IMG/VR virus record: IMGVR_UViG_3300002092_000122
Span: 1 to 33,798 of that record
Strand: one strand, 5' to 3'
Length of the DNA stretch: 33,798 bases
Origin: a virus
Taxonomy: Duplodnaviria > Caudoviricetes
The notes beneath the pieces were generated by a model. The model saw nothing but the letters and a program-made list of their open reading frames with translations, was not told where the DNA came from and searched no databases. This document shows positions 32,921 to 33,798 of the stretch, one piece after another. A program made the position numbers and the translations under genes. Positions within the stretch are counted from its first letter, which is position 1. Every line of letters starts with the position of its first letter.

Positions 32921-33327
32921 TGGAAGTTTATTCCGTACCCCCAAAATTTATCGAGCCTATTTGGGAACGGGTAGAGCCATTTTTTGCCAAAGCATTAAAA
33001 AAACACGATGCAGAATTTTCATTGGAAGATTTAAAAACTGCCGTAATGAACGAAAAATGGAAATTGTTTGCGTTTGTTAATGATGATGATGTTTTAAATG
33101 GTGCGGCAATTGTATCGTTTATTACTTACCCAAAATCTTATGTAGCATTTGTTACTTGTATTGGCGGCAGGGCATTGGTCAATCAAAAATATTATGAAAA
33201 GTTCATGGAATTATTAAAATCCTATGGTGCGGATCGTGTTCAGGGATACGTTACGGATTCTATTGAACGGTTATACCGAAAAATTGGCGTGGCAAAACGC
33301 ACAACAATGGTGGAGATTCGATTATGA
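32920..33327 (+). CDS. GNAT-like protein preceding the ejection genes
   Basis: Degenerate acetyltransferase pattern (VTCIGG..YGADRVQG..ERLYRKIG) in a typical podovirus position. Confidence 0.6.
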   Translation: MEVYSVPPKFIEPIWERVEPFFAKALKKHDAEFSLEDLKTAVMNEKWKLFAFVNDDDVLNGAAIVSFITYPKSYVAFVTCIGGRALVNQKYYEKFMELLKSYGADRVQGYVTDSIERLYRKIGVAKRTTMVEIRL

Positions 33328-33798
33328 CGTTATTTCAATTTTGGGCTCCATTTTTTATGCCAATCCGCTTGTATGGCGGTGGTGGTGGTGGAAAAGGTGG
33401 TGGTGGAAAAGGTGGAGATTTTGTTCAAATTATGGATTACGCAATTATGGCGGCAGTTGTTGTAACTGCGGTGGTTGCGCCTGAAGTAATCCCCGCATTG
33501 GGTACGTTGGTTACTACCGGAGGAGATGCGGTTGCCGCCGGTGCGGTATTAGATGGTACTGCGGCGGCTACTTCTGCCGCTACGATGGCGGGAGGCGCCG
33601 CTATTGGCGCCGGAGAAGGTGCTATTAACTCTGCGGTAACAGGCGGCTCACCAGAAAAAATTTTAGAATCGGCGGCAATTGGCGCTGGAACGGGTTTAGT
33701 AGGATCAAATGTTGGTGGTGCAGTATCCGATGTAACCGGATTTGCCCCCGCCGGTAATGTATTGGGCGGTGCGGCGGCGGGTGCTACGGGTGCGGCGG
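33324..33798 (+). CDS. 3'-truncated Gly/Ala-rich internal virion (ejection) protein
   Basis: ATGA-coupled. MTLFQFWAPFFMPIRLYGGGGGGKGGGGKGG... stays open to the window end. Confidence 0.7.
   Translation, partial: MTLFQFWAPFFMPIRLYGGGGGGKGGGGKGGDFVQIMDYAIMAAVVVTAVVAPEVIPALGTLVTTGGDAVAAGAVLDGTAAATSAATMAGGAAIGAGEGAINSAVTGGSPEKILESAAIGAGTGLVGSNVGGAVSDVTGFAPAGNVLGGAAAGATGAA

Noticed and set aside
33224-33484. Trp/Cys-rich 86-aa ORF (WRWWWWKRWWWKRW)
   Set aside because: Alternate frame of the GGT glycine run of the gene starting at 33324.
1-33798. Stop-codon reassignment, integrase/att sites, rRNA or tRNA genes
   Set aside because: Genes are full length and tightly coupled in the standard code using all three stops, and no such elements were recognised.

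Overview
Near-complete genome of a small tailed phage (Caudoviricetes, podovirus-like; host not determinable from sequence). Both ends of the window fall inside + strand Gly/Ala-rich internal-virion genes, so the genome looks linearised within that module. The + strand late arm (17187-33798, continuing 1-5746) carries a GT2 glycosyltransferase, large terminase, portal, scaffold, major capsid, adaptor, nozzle, fibres, two holins, ejection proteins and a DUF5675-type lysin candidate. The - strand early arm (15960 to 5739) carries ArdC, YqaJ exonuclease, a RecT-like annealase, an SSB-like protein, RusA, an Ala-rich repeat protein, an HNH endonuclease, a glycosyltransferase and an FkbM-type methyltransferase. 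I could not recognise a polymerase, helicase, primase, initiator, integrase or CI-type repressor. The most interesting signals are non-coding or below the ORF-track cutoff: (1) a ~63 nt cloverleaf RNA at 9461-9525 whose arms are complementary to a bipartite motif beside the ribosome-binding sites of 5-6 early genes; (2) a ~380 nt structured - strand RNA at 13790-14170 with a long G-U-containing hairpin and a terminal G-tract, a possible RNA-primed origin; (3) two tandem 13-aa Arg/Lys/Ser peptides between portal and scaffold; (4) an HNH gene flanked by a recoded duplication of its host gene's 5' end; (5) apparent genome-wide GCWGC avoidance broken by ~21 sites in one 280 bp tract. All product calls rest on motif recognition by eye and synteny, not database searches.
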